Positions 29,192 through 41,655 of a DNA stretch of 64,000 nt are shown piece after piece. Position 1 is the stretch's first letter. Every line of letters starts with the position of its first letter. Source of the DNA: Macrostomum lignano (Eukaryota); contig NIVC01001856.1 of NCBI GenBank assembly GCA_002269645.1, positions 62,001 through 126,000 of the forward strand, in the 5' to 3' direction. The notes beneath the pieces are model-generated. The model saw only the letters and a list, made by a program, of their open reading frames with translations. It had not been told where the DNA came from and ran no database searches. The position numbers and the translations under genes were made by a program.

Positions 29192-30889
29192 TCAGTAGTA
29201 AGTAAGTAAGTAAGTAGCCCTCAGCGGCTGCTCTGCATCATTTCTCTCCCTAGAGCCGTCGGGCTCCGCTTCCTCTGCACCACCGCCGCCGCTGCCGCCA
29301 CCGCCGCCGCCGCTGCCCGCGTCGCCCCGGCACAGATAGCGCACTATCTGGATTAGCAAATCCATGATCTCCACAATCCAGATCAGCGTCACGCCGATCC
29401 ACATCGAGAACAGGCCTCCAACCTGGCTCAGCGTGCTGGGCAGGGTGCGCACCGCCTTTTCCTCGAACACCTTCACCATGTGGTCCTTCTTGGCGATCTT
29501 CACCGTGAGGAAGCTGCGGCTGATCAAGCTGTCCTCGTGCAGCGCCGCCGCGGCGCCCGGCTCGCCTCTTTTCAGCGCCTTCTTGATATTGGCGTAGTGT
29601 TGGACAATCTCTTTGTAGTGACCGCCCCTGCCGCGCTCGCTATGGCTGAGCATGCCGGCAAAGTCCAGGTGGAACGAGTGCCTCGGCCAGCCGGCCTGGG
29701 ACACGATGGTCTCGTAGGTGTAGTGAAAGCACGGCTCCCCGCACTGGCCCGTGCTGTTGTGCGCGATGCCGTTGTAGCATCGGGACGCCTTGGCCGCCCG
29801 GTTCAACTGGTCGGCGGTGATGTTCGCGACGCTGCCGAACGCCTCGCAAGGCCGGAGATCCCGGCTGGCCAGGCCTGGTGGCTCCGGCAGGGTGGCTGTG
29901 TAGCAGCCGCACTTGGCCACGATGGTGGCCTGCTTGCTCAGGCTGTCGCACAGGCGCGAGCTGTAGGCGAACTCCTCCCCGGAGGCCACGCGCAGTCTGG
30001 CGGGCACCTCGCCGCTGCACTGGCCCCAGGGCGGCTCCAGCCGATGCCAGGCATTTGGCACAATCTTCACCTCGGTGAAGGTGCCCGGCATGACGTTGAA
30101 GCCGTCCTTGCTGATGTCCGGGTAGGAGCCCTGCTCGTGCAGCACCAGCCGAGCGCCCCAGGCCAGCGTGTTGACGTCCACCATGAGACAGTCGATACAG
30201 TAGCTCTCGTTTGCTGAGTAGTCCAAGAACACCTGCATCTCCGTATAGATCACCTTGCTGGCGTACTCCGGCCTGATGTTGTACATGTAACAGTTCAGAT
30301 GGTCGGGGTGGTCGATGCGCCGCCACTCTCCGATCTCGTGACAAAGGATGTGGCCGACCGGCGGCTCTTCGTTGGGTTTGAGGACCACGGCGAAGCACTT
30401 GGTGACCAGCTGGTTGATGCTGTGGCCCAGCTCCGTGTAGTTGAAGTCCTTGTCGGGCAGATTGTACCAATAGTGCAGGTGATTCAGCAGGCTGTTCTTG
30501 TACGGGTCCATGGTGCCGTTGCTGGTGGCCGAGATCAGCCTGAGCAGGGCGCGCCAGTACTGCCTGGGCGTTGGCCAGCCGCGCTCCCTGATAACCTCCC
30601 GGCCCCGCCGAGACAGCGGGTTCTGATTGCACAGCGTGAAGCTCGGGAACGTGGCGCTTTGGTCCAGCCGACTTTTCGGCTGCTGAATGGTGTCAAACTG
30701 CAGGTACTGGCGCACGATCTCGTGCAGGTTGACCAGGCAGCCGATGAACAGGCCGGAGACGCAGACCAGCCACATGATTCTGATCCAGCCTTTGGCGCGG
30801 ACAATCTGCGGAATGCCCCGCAGCGAGGTGCGCATAGCGAAGCTGACAAAGATCTGGCGCATGCCGCCCGGCCGCCTGGCCTGACCCAT
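29192..30889 (-). CDS. Intronless DEG/ENaC (FaNaC/ASIC superfamily) ion channel, 565 aa, C-terminus now supplied by the LINE tail
   Basis: TSLRGIP pre-TM1, WLVCV TM1, FPSFTLCNQNP, NCYMYN, GARLVLHEQGSYP, Cys-rich thumb (CDSL..CGC..CY..C.EPC), QAGWP, TM2 [21 protein letters not shown]. The last residues TYLLTYY* come from the antisense LINE tail. Confidence 0.92.
   Translation of the reverse strand: MGQARRPGGMRQIFVSFAMRTSLRGIPQIVRAKGWIRIMWLVCVSGLFIGCLVNLHEIVRQYLQFDTIQQPKSRLDQSATFPSFTLCNQNPLSRRGREVIRERGWPTPRQYWRALLRLISATSNGTMDPYKNSLLNHLHYWYNLPDKDFNYTELGHSINQLVTKCFAVVLKPNEEPPVGHILCHEIGEWRRIDHPDHLNCYMYNIRPEYASKVIYTEMQVFLDYSANESYCIDCLMVDVNTLAWGARLVLHEQGSYPDISKDGFNVMPGTFTEVKIVPNAWHRLEPPWGQCSGEVPARLRVASGEEFAYSSRLCDSLSKQATIVAKCGCYTATLPEPPGLASRDLRPCEAFGSVANITADQLNRAAKASRCYNGIAHNSTGQCGEPCFHYTYETIVSQAGWPRHSFHLDFAGMLSHSERGRGGHYKEIVQHYANIKKALKRGEPGAAAALHEDSLISRSFLTVKIAKKDHMVKVFEEKAVRTLPSTLSQVGGLFSMWIGVTLIWIVEIMDLLIQIVRYLCRGDAGSGGGGGGSGGGGAEEAEPDGSRERNDAEQPLRATYLLTYY
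29215..29502 (+). repeat. 288-bp direct repeat, right copy (putative target-site duplication)
   Basis: Begins immediately after the (GTAA)n tail and is identical to 24127-24414. Confidence 0.95.
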
Positions 30890-33800
30890 GACTGCTCAAT
30901 CTGCGGCTCGGTTCCACCTCGGTCCGCTGTCTGTGGGATTTGAACTCAGTTTCTTATTTAGCCTTGAGAATGAGCTCCCTTCCAGCCAATCAGGAGGAAC
31001 CGGGGGTTCCCCCTGTCACAGCTGCTCAAGTTTCTACTCAGCCTCTCTCATTCCTGCGCGCAGTTCGGAAACTTCACAACGTTCCATTTAGATTCAAATC
31101 AATTGATCTTTGATGAGTGATTGGGGAATACAAATATCCCTCATCATGCTTATTCGCCCTCACTAAACTATGTATTATAGTTACTGGTGATTCAAGATAC
31201 CCCCTAAAAATTAGCATGATTAATTTTACTTTTATATCTGTACAAGTCTAAAACCTTTTCGTCGGTAACTACATGTACAGGTTTTTACGGTTATTCGATC
31301 AGGCAGTCGCGTACTTTTATTATAGTTAAAAAATTCAACTGCCGTTTTAGTAGCGCTTCTTGTTAATTAATACGTCAACGTTCGTAATTAATACTAATAC
31401 GCCAATTAGAACGTCTACCACATGTGCTTCTTGCATCAGCTCTGACTCCGTTGGAAACTGGCCTTCACCCAGGCGGGGCTTCTGGACCTTCAACAGGTGG
31501 GCACCAGGTGACTGTGAATTTCTCCGATGTCTCTGATCAAGCTTCAATAGTGGGCAAGCCCTCGACTTCTGAATATCCAGACGCGATCAATTTTTTTCAA
31601 GATATTAAATTCGTTAAAAATAGTACCTAAAGTGTTTAAATGTACTTTAAGACTGTTTAGCGCTGGAGCTCTGCAGTTTCTATTTTATAATAAACAGGTT
31701 TGAGCAGTTGTTTACTCAAGGTATTTTCGATGCTAAAATTATCTTGAAAAAAACATGCAGTACGCCCAGCTAGCGAAGCAGCGGCCTCTCAGCAGCTCGG
31801 AAGCAGAGAAGTCCGGAAGCAGTTCTCCCCTCTCTTCGATGAAGTTTTATGCAATACTTTGACTAGGAGGAAACTACATACCTCTATAGTCCCCTGAGCT
31901 GCATCCGGCGAAATAAGTCAAGTATTTTATGGCTAAGTAAAGACACAGGAAAACTTTTTTCTTGAATTATTATGGACGATGCGGTCATTCAGACAGCGGA
32001 TGCGATGCCTATTCAGCTCGCAGATATTTGCTCTTTGCTGCATACGAGTCTACTATAGCTTCCTAGGGGTCATTGGTTTTATTGCAGGCCTTCCATAGGG
32101 AAAGACTGTCATCAAAGCTACGCTCCTTACTAGGTTTACTTTGAGCGAGTTTTAACGTATAACTTAGAATAATTCTAGCTCAATCTCTACGACCCGCATT
32201 CACCATGCTCATGTATTTTTAAGCATTATACTTTCAGTCTCCGCCAGTCTGCTAGTTCAAGCACTTCTCATCGGCTCTAAAAAAACACATGGACATCTGA
32301 GTATTGCCACAAGGACCACTATAGGAATTATGACGCCTAGCTATTTGGATAATGCCTATATGCAATTAATGATTTTGAGATCTAGAGAACTACTCGATCT
32401 CTATTGCCAATTAAAACACACACTTTGGTGATGGGTAGCAGAATTCGAGCTTGGGCAGATTTCTAAAAAAGGCCGCTTCGATTCAGCGCATATCTTATAT
32501 ATGGCCCCGTAGCCTTTTCTCAGACTTTTTTATGCAATTTGCGTCACAAACCGCGGCTCTGAGTTGAATTAGAGCTACCAATATTGGTTTCTGGGTGGAA
32601 AATACGACGTAAAAACGTGTTGCTGAGTGTACGAGCGTGGTTTGTCACATTATTTTTACTTTTTTAATGCATTTTTGCCTGGCTATGCATTAAGAAACAG
32701 GAAAGAAAGGCCGTGGGAGCCTTTAGACAAATTGTCACACTTTATACACGTAAAATAGATAACGTCACACGTTTTAGACACGCTAGATAGATCACTTCAC
32801 ACGTTAGATATGTAGGTAGATAATGCTTAAATGAATTTCTCTTCTGCCGACGGTTGGCGATAGATTTGAACAGCATAAAATGATTTCGGATTCCTAAATC
32901 CACTCAAATATTCAACACGTACGTATGGGGATCTGTGCAGCATGCGGGAGGCCGTTGGATGCTCCAGCTCAAATAGTCTCTTTTTCTGCCTGGCATTAAC
33001 ATTCACTGAATTATTGATTTATTCAGCTACATCAAAAGGCGTCAATGACGCGCGCATCCAAAGCAACAATTTCAGCATCTGCTCGTCATCTAATACTGTA
33101 AATTTATGCCGTTTAATTGACATTTTCTGTCTCGTACATGTATTAATTCGCATCCTCGATAGATCGAGCTCAGCTTTAACAGTTCCTTCCTTGCCCACGA
33201 CTATCTACGTTCGATGATAGCAAAACACCTTTAGATATAATTGAAAGAACCCCATTAGAATTTCAAAACCATAATGTTCTTTAGTAGGAACTTGTGGATT
33301 TTTTTATACATGTCGTTCTAAAATTGAAGAAAAAAGCTGATTGGCTTGATATATAACTTACGATAGAATCATTCATGTATTAGCAGACTTGTTTCTGTTT
33401 TGGGCCTGATACGCCCAAGCAATGCTACCTTAATTCTGGCAGTAGATTAAATTATTTTAGGCGGCCGAAACTAGCGCATATGCCTTGGGCCATAGAGAAA
33501 CCGAATGGTAGTAGGGTTGCATTACTCCAACACAAACAAGTGTAGATTACAAAAACCCTACGGATATCAATAAAAGCTATGAAAAATTCAAGTCATATCA
33601 AAAGATGAACATTTAGGTCTGTCTCATTGATGAATAAAACCATGGTCTGAAAAATTAAAACCTCCATTCTCCGTAATGTATTTTTCGTTAAAGCCTGCCT
33701 TCTAAAATTTCCAAGAAATAAAAAGTTCATTGCGCGGAATCATATTAGGATTTTTTCAGAACACTTTATTCGTCGTTTTGTTTCATTCTTCCTTCATTCT

Positions 33801-34919
33801 TTCATTTTTTCTATTTAGTTTCAGCATTTTCTTTTTTTGTTATACATATATTTACACTACCGACACAAATTTAACATTTAAAAGGACGCATATTTCTTTG
33901 CATACTTCGAAATAAAAGTTGTTGTGAGGCTGACGATAGCCGACGTTAAATAAAACGAAAGGCTAAGCATTCTTTTCTAGTCATGTAAAATCACGAAAAT
34001 CAGATTCACTTGAAAGATGTCGTCACAAGTAGTTACTTCAATCAATGTGAGTGTAATAATTTTCTCATTTGTCTTGTATTGATCTTTGAATTACTTCCTA
34101 CTAGTTTTATTCCTAATTACTGAAATCTGTTAACAATGCAACTTTTATATTTTACAGTAAAGATAAATAAACGAAGATCAATCAATTAGTTAGTCAATCG
34201 TTTTGTAAAAGTTTTGATGCGTTAAAGTTTCTTTCGCTTACGAGCTTGTATATTAGCTATAATTTTTAGATGTGGAAATCATTTTTAATTTCAATTTCTA
34301 AGCATGATGTGCATTTATTTTTTGGCACCTGCTCTAGCTTTTTTGAACAATAAAAGTGTTCAAAGTTTTTAGCAGTTAAAATCACATCAATTTTAATTTC
34401 AGATTCAAAGGAATGAGTGTCTCAGGGTATAAACATTAGCTGCTATATTTCTTTGAAAATTTTGAAACTGCTACTTGGATAACCAGAGATTATATTTTTA
34501 AAATGAAGAAATTTTTAGTTTTCTGAATCACAGATTCTCAGTTCATTATAATGCATTTATTCGAATATAGTAGAATTATTTAGTCTGAATAAACTTGTAT
34601 TTTATTATTTGTGCCTGGCCCTGTAATTCTACTTTGAAGCTCACTATAAAAAATTATTCTTTTTTAAGATGAAAGTATCTTGTCACATCTTTTGCCTTCT
34701 ATCAAGATACTTACATTTATTTTAGGAACAAAATACTGCGTAAAAATTGAAACAAAAACTGTACTTTTATAGCTGTCTTGAAAAAAATTCCGTTAGAATC
34801 TGGGATGTGTTTGAACAGAAAATAAACTCATGGAGGATCTGAAAATCCAGAAAGCTACATCACTACACTGTTTATATATCTGCTATATTCATTATTCAAT
34901 CAAACCATCACAAACCGCA

Positions 34920-36123
34920 ATGCCAATCGTCCAGCTCGATTTGTTCAACCCGTCGCCGGAGCAGCAGAGCAGAGCCCGAATCGTCTACGCCATCAACGTG
35001 TTCGACGTGCTGCCCCTGCCAGCCCTGCTAGTCGTGGTGTTCCTCGCCTACTCCATCGTGCTGCTGCTGTTCCGCTTCCTGGCCTATCGGGTTGTCAGCG
35101 AAGCCGGCGAGCCGAGTAGCGAGCCCAGCGGGCCGGGGCCTCTCCGCTCCTGCTGCCTTTGCTGCCTGTCCTGCGCCGACGCCTGCGACTGCTGCGACAG
35201 TCGGGGCACCGTGGCCGGCTGCTTGAACGGCGTCTGTCCGCACAGGCGCAGCGGCGTCAAGTACTCGGATGTCATGCTCTGCCACACTTGCGGGGTGAGC
35301 ACGGACTGATTGAGGCGAAACCTTTAACTGCTTCATCCCACCATTAGACACTTTAGTACTTGACCTCACCTGACACTCCGATACCTCACCTGACACCCGA
35401 ATACCTCACCTGACACCCGAATACCTCACCTGACACCCGAATACCTCACCTGACACCCGAATACCTCACCTGACACCCGAATACCTCACCTGACACCCGA
35501 ATACCTCACCTGACACCCGAATACCTCACCTGACACCCCAATACCTCATCTGACAGCCGAATACTTCACCTGACACCCCAATACCTCATCTGACACTCCG
35601 ATACCTCACCTGACACCCGAGTACCTCACCTGACACCCCAATACCTCATCTGACACCCGAATACCTCATCTGACAGCCGAATACTTCATCTGACACCCCA
35701 ATACCTCATCTGACACTCCAATACCTCATTTGACACACCAATACCTCATCTGACACCCCAATACCTCATCTGACACCCCAATACCTCATTTGACACTCCG
35801 ATACCTCATCTGACACTCCGATACCTCATCTGACACCCCGATACCTCATCTGACACTCCGATACCTCACCTGACCCCCCAATACCTCAACTGACATCCCA
35901 ATCCCTCATATGACATCCCAATACCTCATCTGACATCCTAATACCTCATCTGACATCCCAATACGTCATCTGACATCCCAATACGTCATCTGACACCCAA
36001 ATTCAGCGTTCCACCGTCGACTGCTGCGACGCAGACTGCGATGATTGCCTTTGCTTCTGCTTCGAGTGCAAGTTCCGGCCTCGGGGCCAGGCGCTGCTGG
36101 GCAGGCAGGAGCCGCTGGACTGA
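34920..36123 (+). CDS. Uncharacterised Cys-rich single-pass membrane protein, 163 aa
   Basis: Exons 34920-35294 and 36007-36123 (GTGAGC donor, TTCAG acceptor, phase 0). Hydrophobic stretch followed by 19 Cys in CC/CxxC clusters. GC-rich codon usage. Confidence 0.75.
35365..36000. repeat. 20-bp minisatellite in the intron of the Cys-rich gene
   Basis: Unit TGACACCCGAATACCTCACC. Confidence 0.95.
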
Positions 36124-36519
36124 TTGACCTTCAGATGACCTTCCAATTGACTGAAGACCATTTATATACTGTAAACACTGGTTGATTTATAGAACTTCAT
36201 CACTCTAGTTACTCTTGCATTATTACGATCTGTCATAAGTGTGCAATATTTTTTACTTTTTTTCTACATTCTACTTTAAGTAGTGCAAAAAGCACTTTTA
36301 TTCTGATAAAATGCTGGTCATATTTTTATTCGCTGGATCAATGCTGCGTGAATTTTTTTATGAATTGGGAATTCAATTTTTCAAAATACCAAGATGGTTG
36401 TTCGTATAAAACTTGCTTTTTATGATTTTACTTGATCATTGTGCACCCAATCTTACATGTAAGTCCTAATGGTAAAGTCTCTGCAATTATATCCTACACT
36501 GATGTTCCCTGGTATCGGC

Positions 36520-37520
36520 AGTGGGTGTTTCTTTGTCTGATTCGGGTAGGTGTTTATTTGTCTGATTCGGTTAGGTGTTTATTTGACTGTGTTAGGTGGG
36601 TGTTTATTTGTCTGATTCGGGTAGGTGTTTATTTGTCTGATTCGGGTAGGTGTTTATTTGGCTGATTCGGGTAGGTGTTTATTTGTCTGTGTTAGGTGGG
36701 TGTTTATTTGTCTGATTCAGGTAGGTGTTTATTTGGCTGATTCGGGTAGGTGTTTATTTGGCTGATTCGGTTAGGTGTTTCTTTGTCTGATTCGGGTAGG
36801 TGTTTATTTGTCTGTGTTAGGTGGGTGTTTATTTGTCTGATTCAGGTAGGTGTTTATTTGGCTGATTCGGGTAGGTGTTTATTTGTCTGATTCGGGTAGG
36901 TGTTTATTTGTCTGATTCGGGTAGGTGTTTATTTGTCTGATTCGGGTAGGTGTTTATTTGTCTGATTGAGGTGGGTGTTTATTTGTCTGATTTGGGTAGG
37001 TGTTTATTAGTCTGATTGGGGTGGGTGTTTATTTGTCTGATTCGGGTAGGTGTTTATTTGTCTGATTGAGGTGGGTGTTTATTTGTCTGATTCGGGTAGG
37101 TGTTTATTAGTCTGATTGGGGTGGGTGTTTATTAGTCTGATTGGGGTAGGTGTTTATTTGTCTGATTGAGGTGGGTGTTTATTTGTCTGATTCGGGTAGG
37201 TGTTTATTTGTCTGATTCGGGTAGGTGTTTATTAGTCTGATTGGGGTAGGTGTTTATTAGTCTGATTGGGGTAGGTGTTTATTTGTCTGATTCGGGTAGG
37301 TGTTTATTTGTCTGATTCGGGTAGGTGTTTATTTGTCTGATTCGGGTAGGTGTTTATTTGTCTGATTCGGGTAGGTGTTTATTAGTCTGATTGGGGTAGG
37401 TGTTTATTAGTCTGATTGAGATGGGTGTTTATTTGTCTGATTGGGGTGGGTGTTTATTAGTCTGATTGGGGTGGCTGTTTATTTTTCTGTGCTAGGTGGG
37501 TGTTTATTTGTCTGTATGGG
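36520..37520. repeat. 25-bp minisatellite
   Basis: Unit GTAGGTGTTTATTTGTCTGATTCGG. Confidence 0.95.
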
Positions 37521-37867
37521 TGGGGTTTTTTAGTAGAATCAAGTAAATTATCTCAAAGTACATTCATTGATCTGTTGTAATGCAATAAAACTCGGTTGCC
37601 CAGCAACATGCAAGCTAAATAAATCATTAATAATTTATCTAATAAAATCCCACGATTGGTAAATCTGGCGTCCTTCTGCTTTAGTTGTTCGTCCATGCCA
37701 CGTCATCAGCGCAGATTCGAACTGCTCGATTCGAGACGTCGCAGACTGTCGGATTTTGCAGCAGTTAAAGAATTTCCAGGTCTTGAGATGCAAGCGCACT
37801 GCAGTCTGAGTTTGAATTTCATTACGCCATGTTCGACCTCTGGAGCTGGTCAGCCTTTTTGCCGTCA

Positions 37868-38577
<710 letters not shown>

Positions 38578-39134
38578 CATTTGTGAGAACAGTATCTATG
38601 CGCGTTCAGCCCCCGTGAAAACTTTACCAAACGCTGCTTTCAAGATAGCAATTGAGAACATTTAGATGAGCCTGTCAGTTAAGAGAGGCCACACCGCCAT
38701 CCACTTGTGTCTTTTACCAGCCATAATGTTTTTCGGGGGGAAAATCGTGGAATTTTCCATTTGCAGCAAAATTATACGCCCGAGGCTTCATGAGCTCTTT
38801 GACAGTGATACTTAAGTCATGCAGGTAACCCGGCGGCTCACTCATTACACCTGCCAAGCACTGCTGCAGTTATTATTGCGCGTAGCATTTGCTACTCACA
38901 ACTGGCATTATCTGCGCATCAGCTGGGCGTCAGCAATGGCCAGGTCAGGCCATAATTGACGCGTGGCTGACCGACACCGCACCACACTATGCTAGCTTCG
39001 TTTGGCAGCTGAGTAAAACAAAAGCTTCAACTAAAACTTTTTCTAGCTATCATTTGCGCCGAGAATTTTGATTAAAATGAAAAGAGTTCATCCAGTTTGA
39101 GACTGCTACAATTGTGCTAATAAACCATGAGTTC

Positions 39135-40860
39135 CAATCTAATCTCACCGCTTCCACTCTCCTCTTCACCAATCTAATCTCACTGCTTCTACTCTCCTCT
39201 TCACCAATCTAATCTCACCGCTTCCACTCTCCTCTCCACCAATCTAATCTCACTGCTTCTACTCTCCTCTTCACCAGTCTAATCTCACTGCTTCTACTCT
39301 CCTCTTCACCAATCTAATCTCACTGCTTCTACTCTCCTCTTCACCAATCTAATCTCACCGTTTCCAATCTTCTCTCCACCAATCTAATCTCGCTGCTTCT
39401 ACTCTCCTCTTCACCAATCTAATCTCACCGCTTCCACTCTCCTCTCCACCAATCTAATCTCACTGCTTCAATTCTCCTCTCCACCAATCTAATCTCACTG
39501 CTTCAATTCTCCTCTTCACCCATCTAATCTCAGTGCTATCACTCTCCACTCCACCAATCTAATCTGACTGCTTCCATTCTCCTCTCCACCAATCTAATCT
39601 CACTGCTTCTACTCTCCTCTTCACCCATCTAATCTCACCGCTTCCACTCTCCTCTCCACCAATCTAATCTCACTGCTTCAATTCACCTCTCCACCAATCT
39701 AATCTCACTGCTTCTACTCTCCTCTTCACCCATCTAATCTCACCGCTTCCACTCTCCTCTCCACCAATCTAATCTCACTGCTTCAATTCACCTCTTCACC
39801 AATCGACGAGCGTAATCTCATTTCTTCCGCTCTCCGTTCTCCTCTCCACAAATCTAATCTTGCTGCTTCCGCTCTAATCTCAACCAATCTAATCTCAGTG
39901 CTTCCATTATCCTCTTCACCAATCTAATCTCTTTGCTTCTACTCTCCTCTCCATCTAATCTGACTGCTTCCATTCTCCTCTCGACTAATCTAATCTCACT
40001 GCTTCTACTCTCCTCTTCACCAGTCTAATCTCACTGCTTCTACTCTCCTCTTCACCAATCTAATCTCACTGCTTCTACTCTCCTCTTCACCAATCTAATC
40101 TCACCGTTTCCAATCTTCTCTCCACCAATCTAATCTCGCTGTTTCTACTCTCCTCTTCACCAATCTAATCTCACCGCTTCCACTCTCCTCTCCACCAATC
40201 TAATCTCACTGCTTCAATTCTCCTCTCCACCAATCTAATCTCACTGCTTCAATTCTCCTCTTCACCCATCTAATCTCAGTGCTATCACTCTCCACTCCAC
40301 CAATCTAATCTGACTGCTTCCATTCTCCTCTCCACCAATCTAATCTCACTGCTTCTACTCTCCTCTTCACCCATCTAATCTCACCGCTTCCACTCTCCTC
40401 TCCACCAATCTAATCTCACTGCTTCAATTCACCTCTTCACCAATCGACGAGCGTAATCTCATTTCTTCCGCTCTCCGTTCTCCTCTCCACAAATCTAATC
40501 TTGCTGCTTCCGCTCTAATCTCAACCAATCTAATCTCAGTGCTTCCATTATCCTCTTCACCAATCTAATCTCTTTGCTTCTACTCTCCTCTCCATCTAAT
40601 CTGACTGCTTCCATTCTCCTCTCGACTAATCTAATCTCACTGCTTCCATTATCCTCTTCACCAATCTAATCTCAGTGCTACCACTCTCCTCTTCACCAAT
40701 CTAATCTCACTGCTTCTACTCTCCTCTTCACCAATCTAATCTCAGTGCTATCACTCTCCACTCCACCAATCTAATCTGACTGCTTCCATTCTCCTCTCCA
40801 CCAATCTAATCTCACTGCTTCTACTCTCCTCTTCACCAATCTAATCTCACTACTTCCGCT
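39135..40860. repeat. ~35-bp minisatellite with a ~640-bp higher-order duplication
   Basis: Unit ACCAATCTAATCTCACTGCTTCTACTCTCCTCTTC. The distinctive variant AATCGACGAGCGTAATC occurs at 39801 and 40442. Confidence 0.93.
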
Positions 40861-41655
40861 ATCTGCTCTCCTTTCCATAGCAGACTTTCAAAAAATGCTT
40901 TAGAACTTTTAAAGATATTAATAAATATAATTGAAATATTGATCATTTGTTATTTACGTAATTGTCTTAATAAATTTTATCACCGAATACTGCATGACAT
41001 TAAATAACGAATGCGGTTTTAGATACTGTGTATGAATGTGAAATAGAAAGTTCACTCATTTTTTGCCAAACGAAAAGTTTTGATCTAAAACTAAGGTGTT
41101 TGAAAGAATCCTGTTTTTCCTGTTTTAGACAGTACACAGAATCAGTGAATCACAGAACTAGGCTAAATTCCGCTAACTAAAATAATATTTGTACACGCGT
41201 GTAGGATATTGGGTAATATACTTAGAATATTGTCAATTTTCACTGTAGCATTGGAAGATTGTTTAGTAAGGATACAACTAAAACAACTGTATTGTAATTT
41301 TTTCCATATGATTCACAGTTATTTCACGCTTATATAAAGCTAAGGAGGGTGGATAGATTATAAACGCCGGAATGGGGTCACGTGATGAAATTTGTACGTG
41401 TAGTAAATGTACATTTGAGAGAAACTATAGAACACCATTGCTATTGATCTGGGTATTTGAAATAATGAATAAACAACACTCAAAATAAATAGAGAACTTA
41501 GTGGGTGGTAATTTCGCCCCCAGCCAATAGACATCGCTGGAGGGAGGTAGGAGGTGTTACTTATGTTGCCACAGCCAATGAGAGAGGTCGCTCAGGATAG
41601 GGTGTGGCTAGCGTGGCCTTGCAGCCAATGAGAGATCGCTTAGGATAGGGTGCGG

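Noticed and set aside
29122-29214. Shared 3' tail between the LINE and the SINE
   Set aside because: No convincing similarity between the SINE 3' end and this LINE's 3' UTR.
31100-34800. AT-rich region with short ORFs, possible decayed transposon
   Set aside because: No terminal repeats or transposase/RT motifs could be identified.
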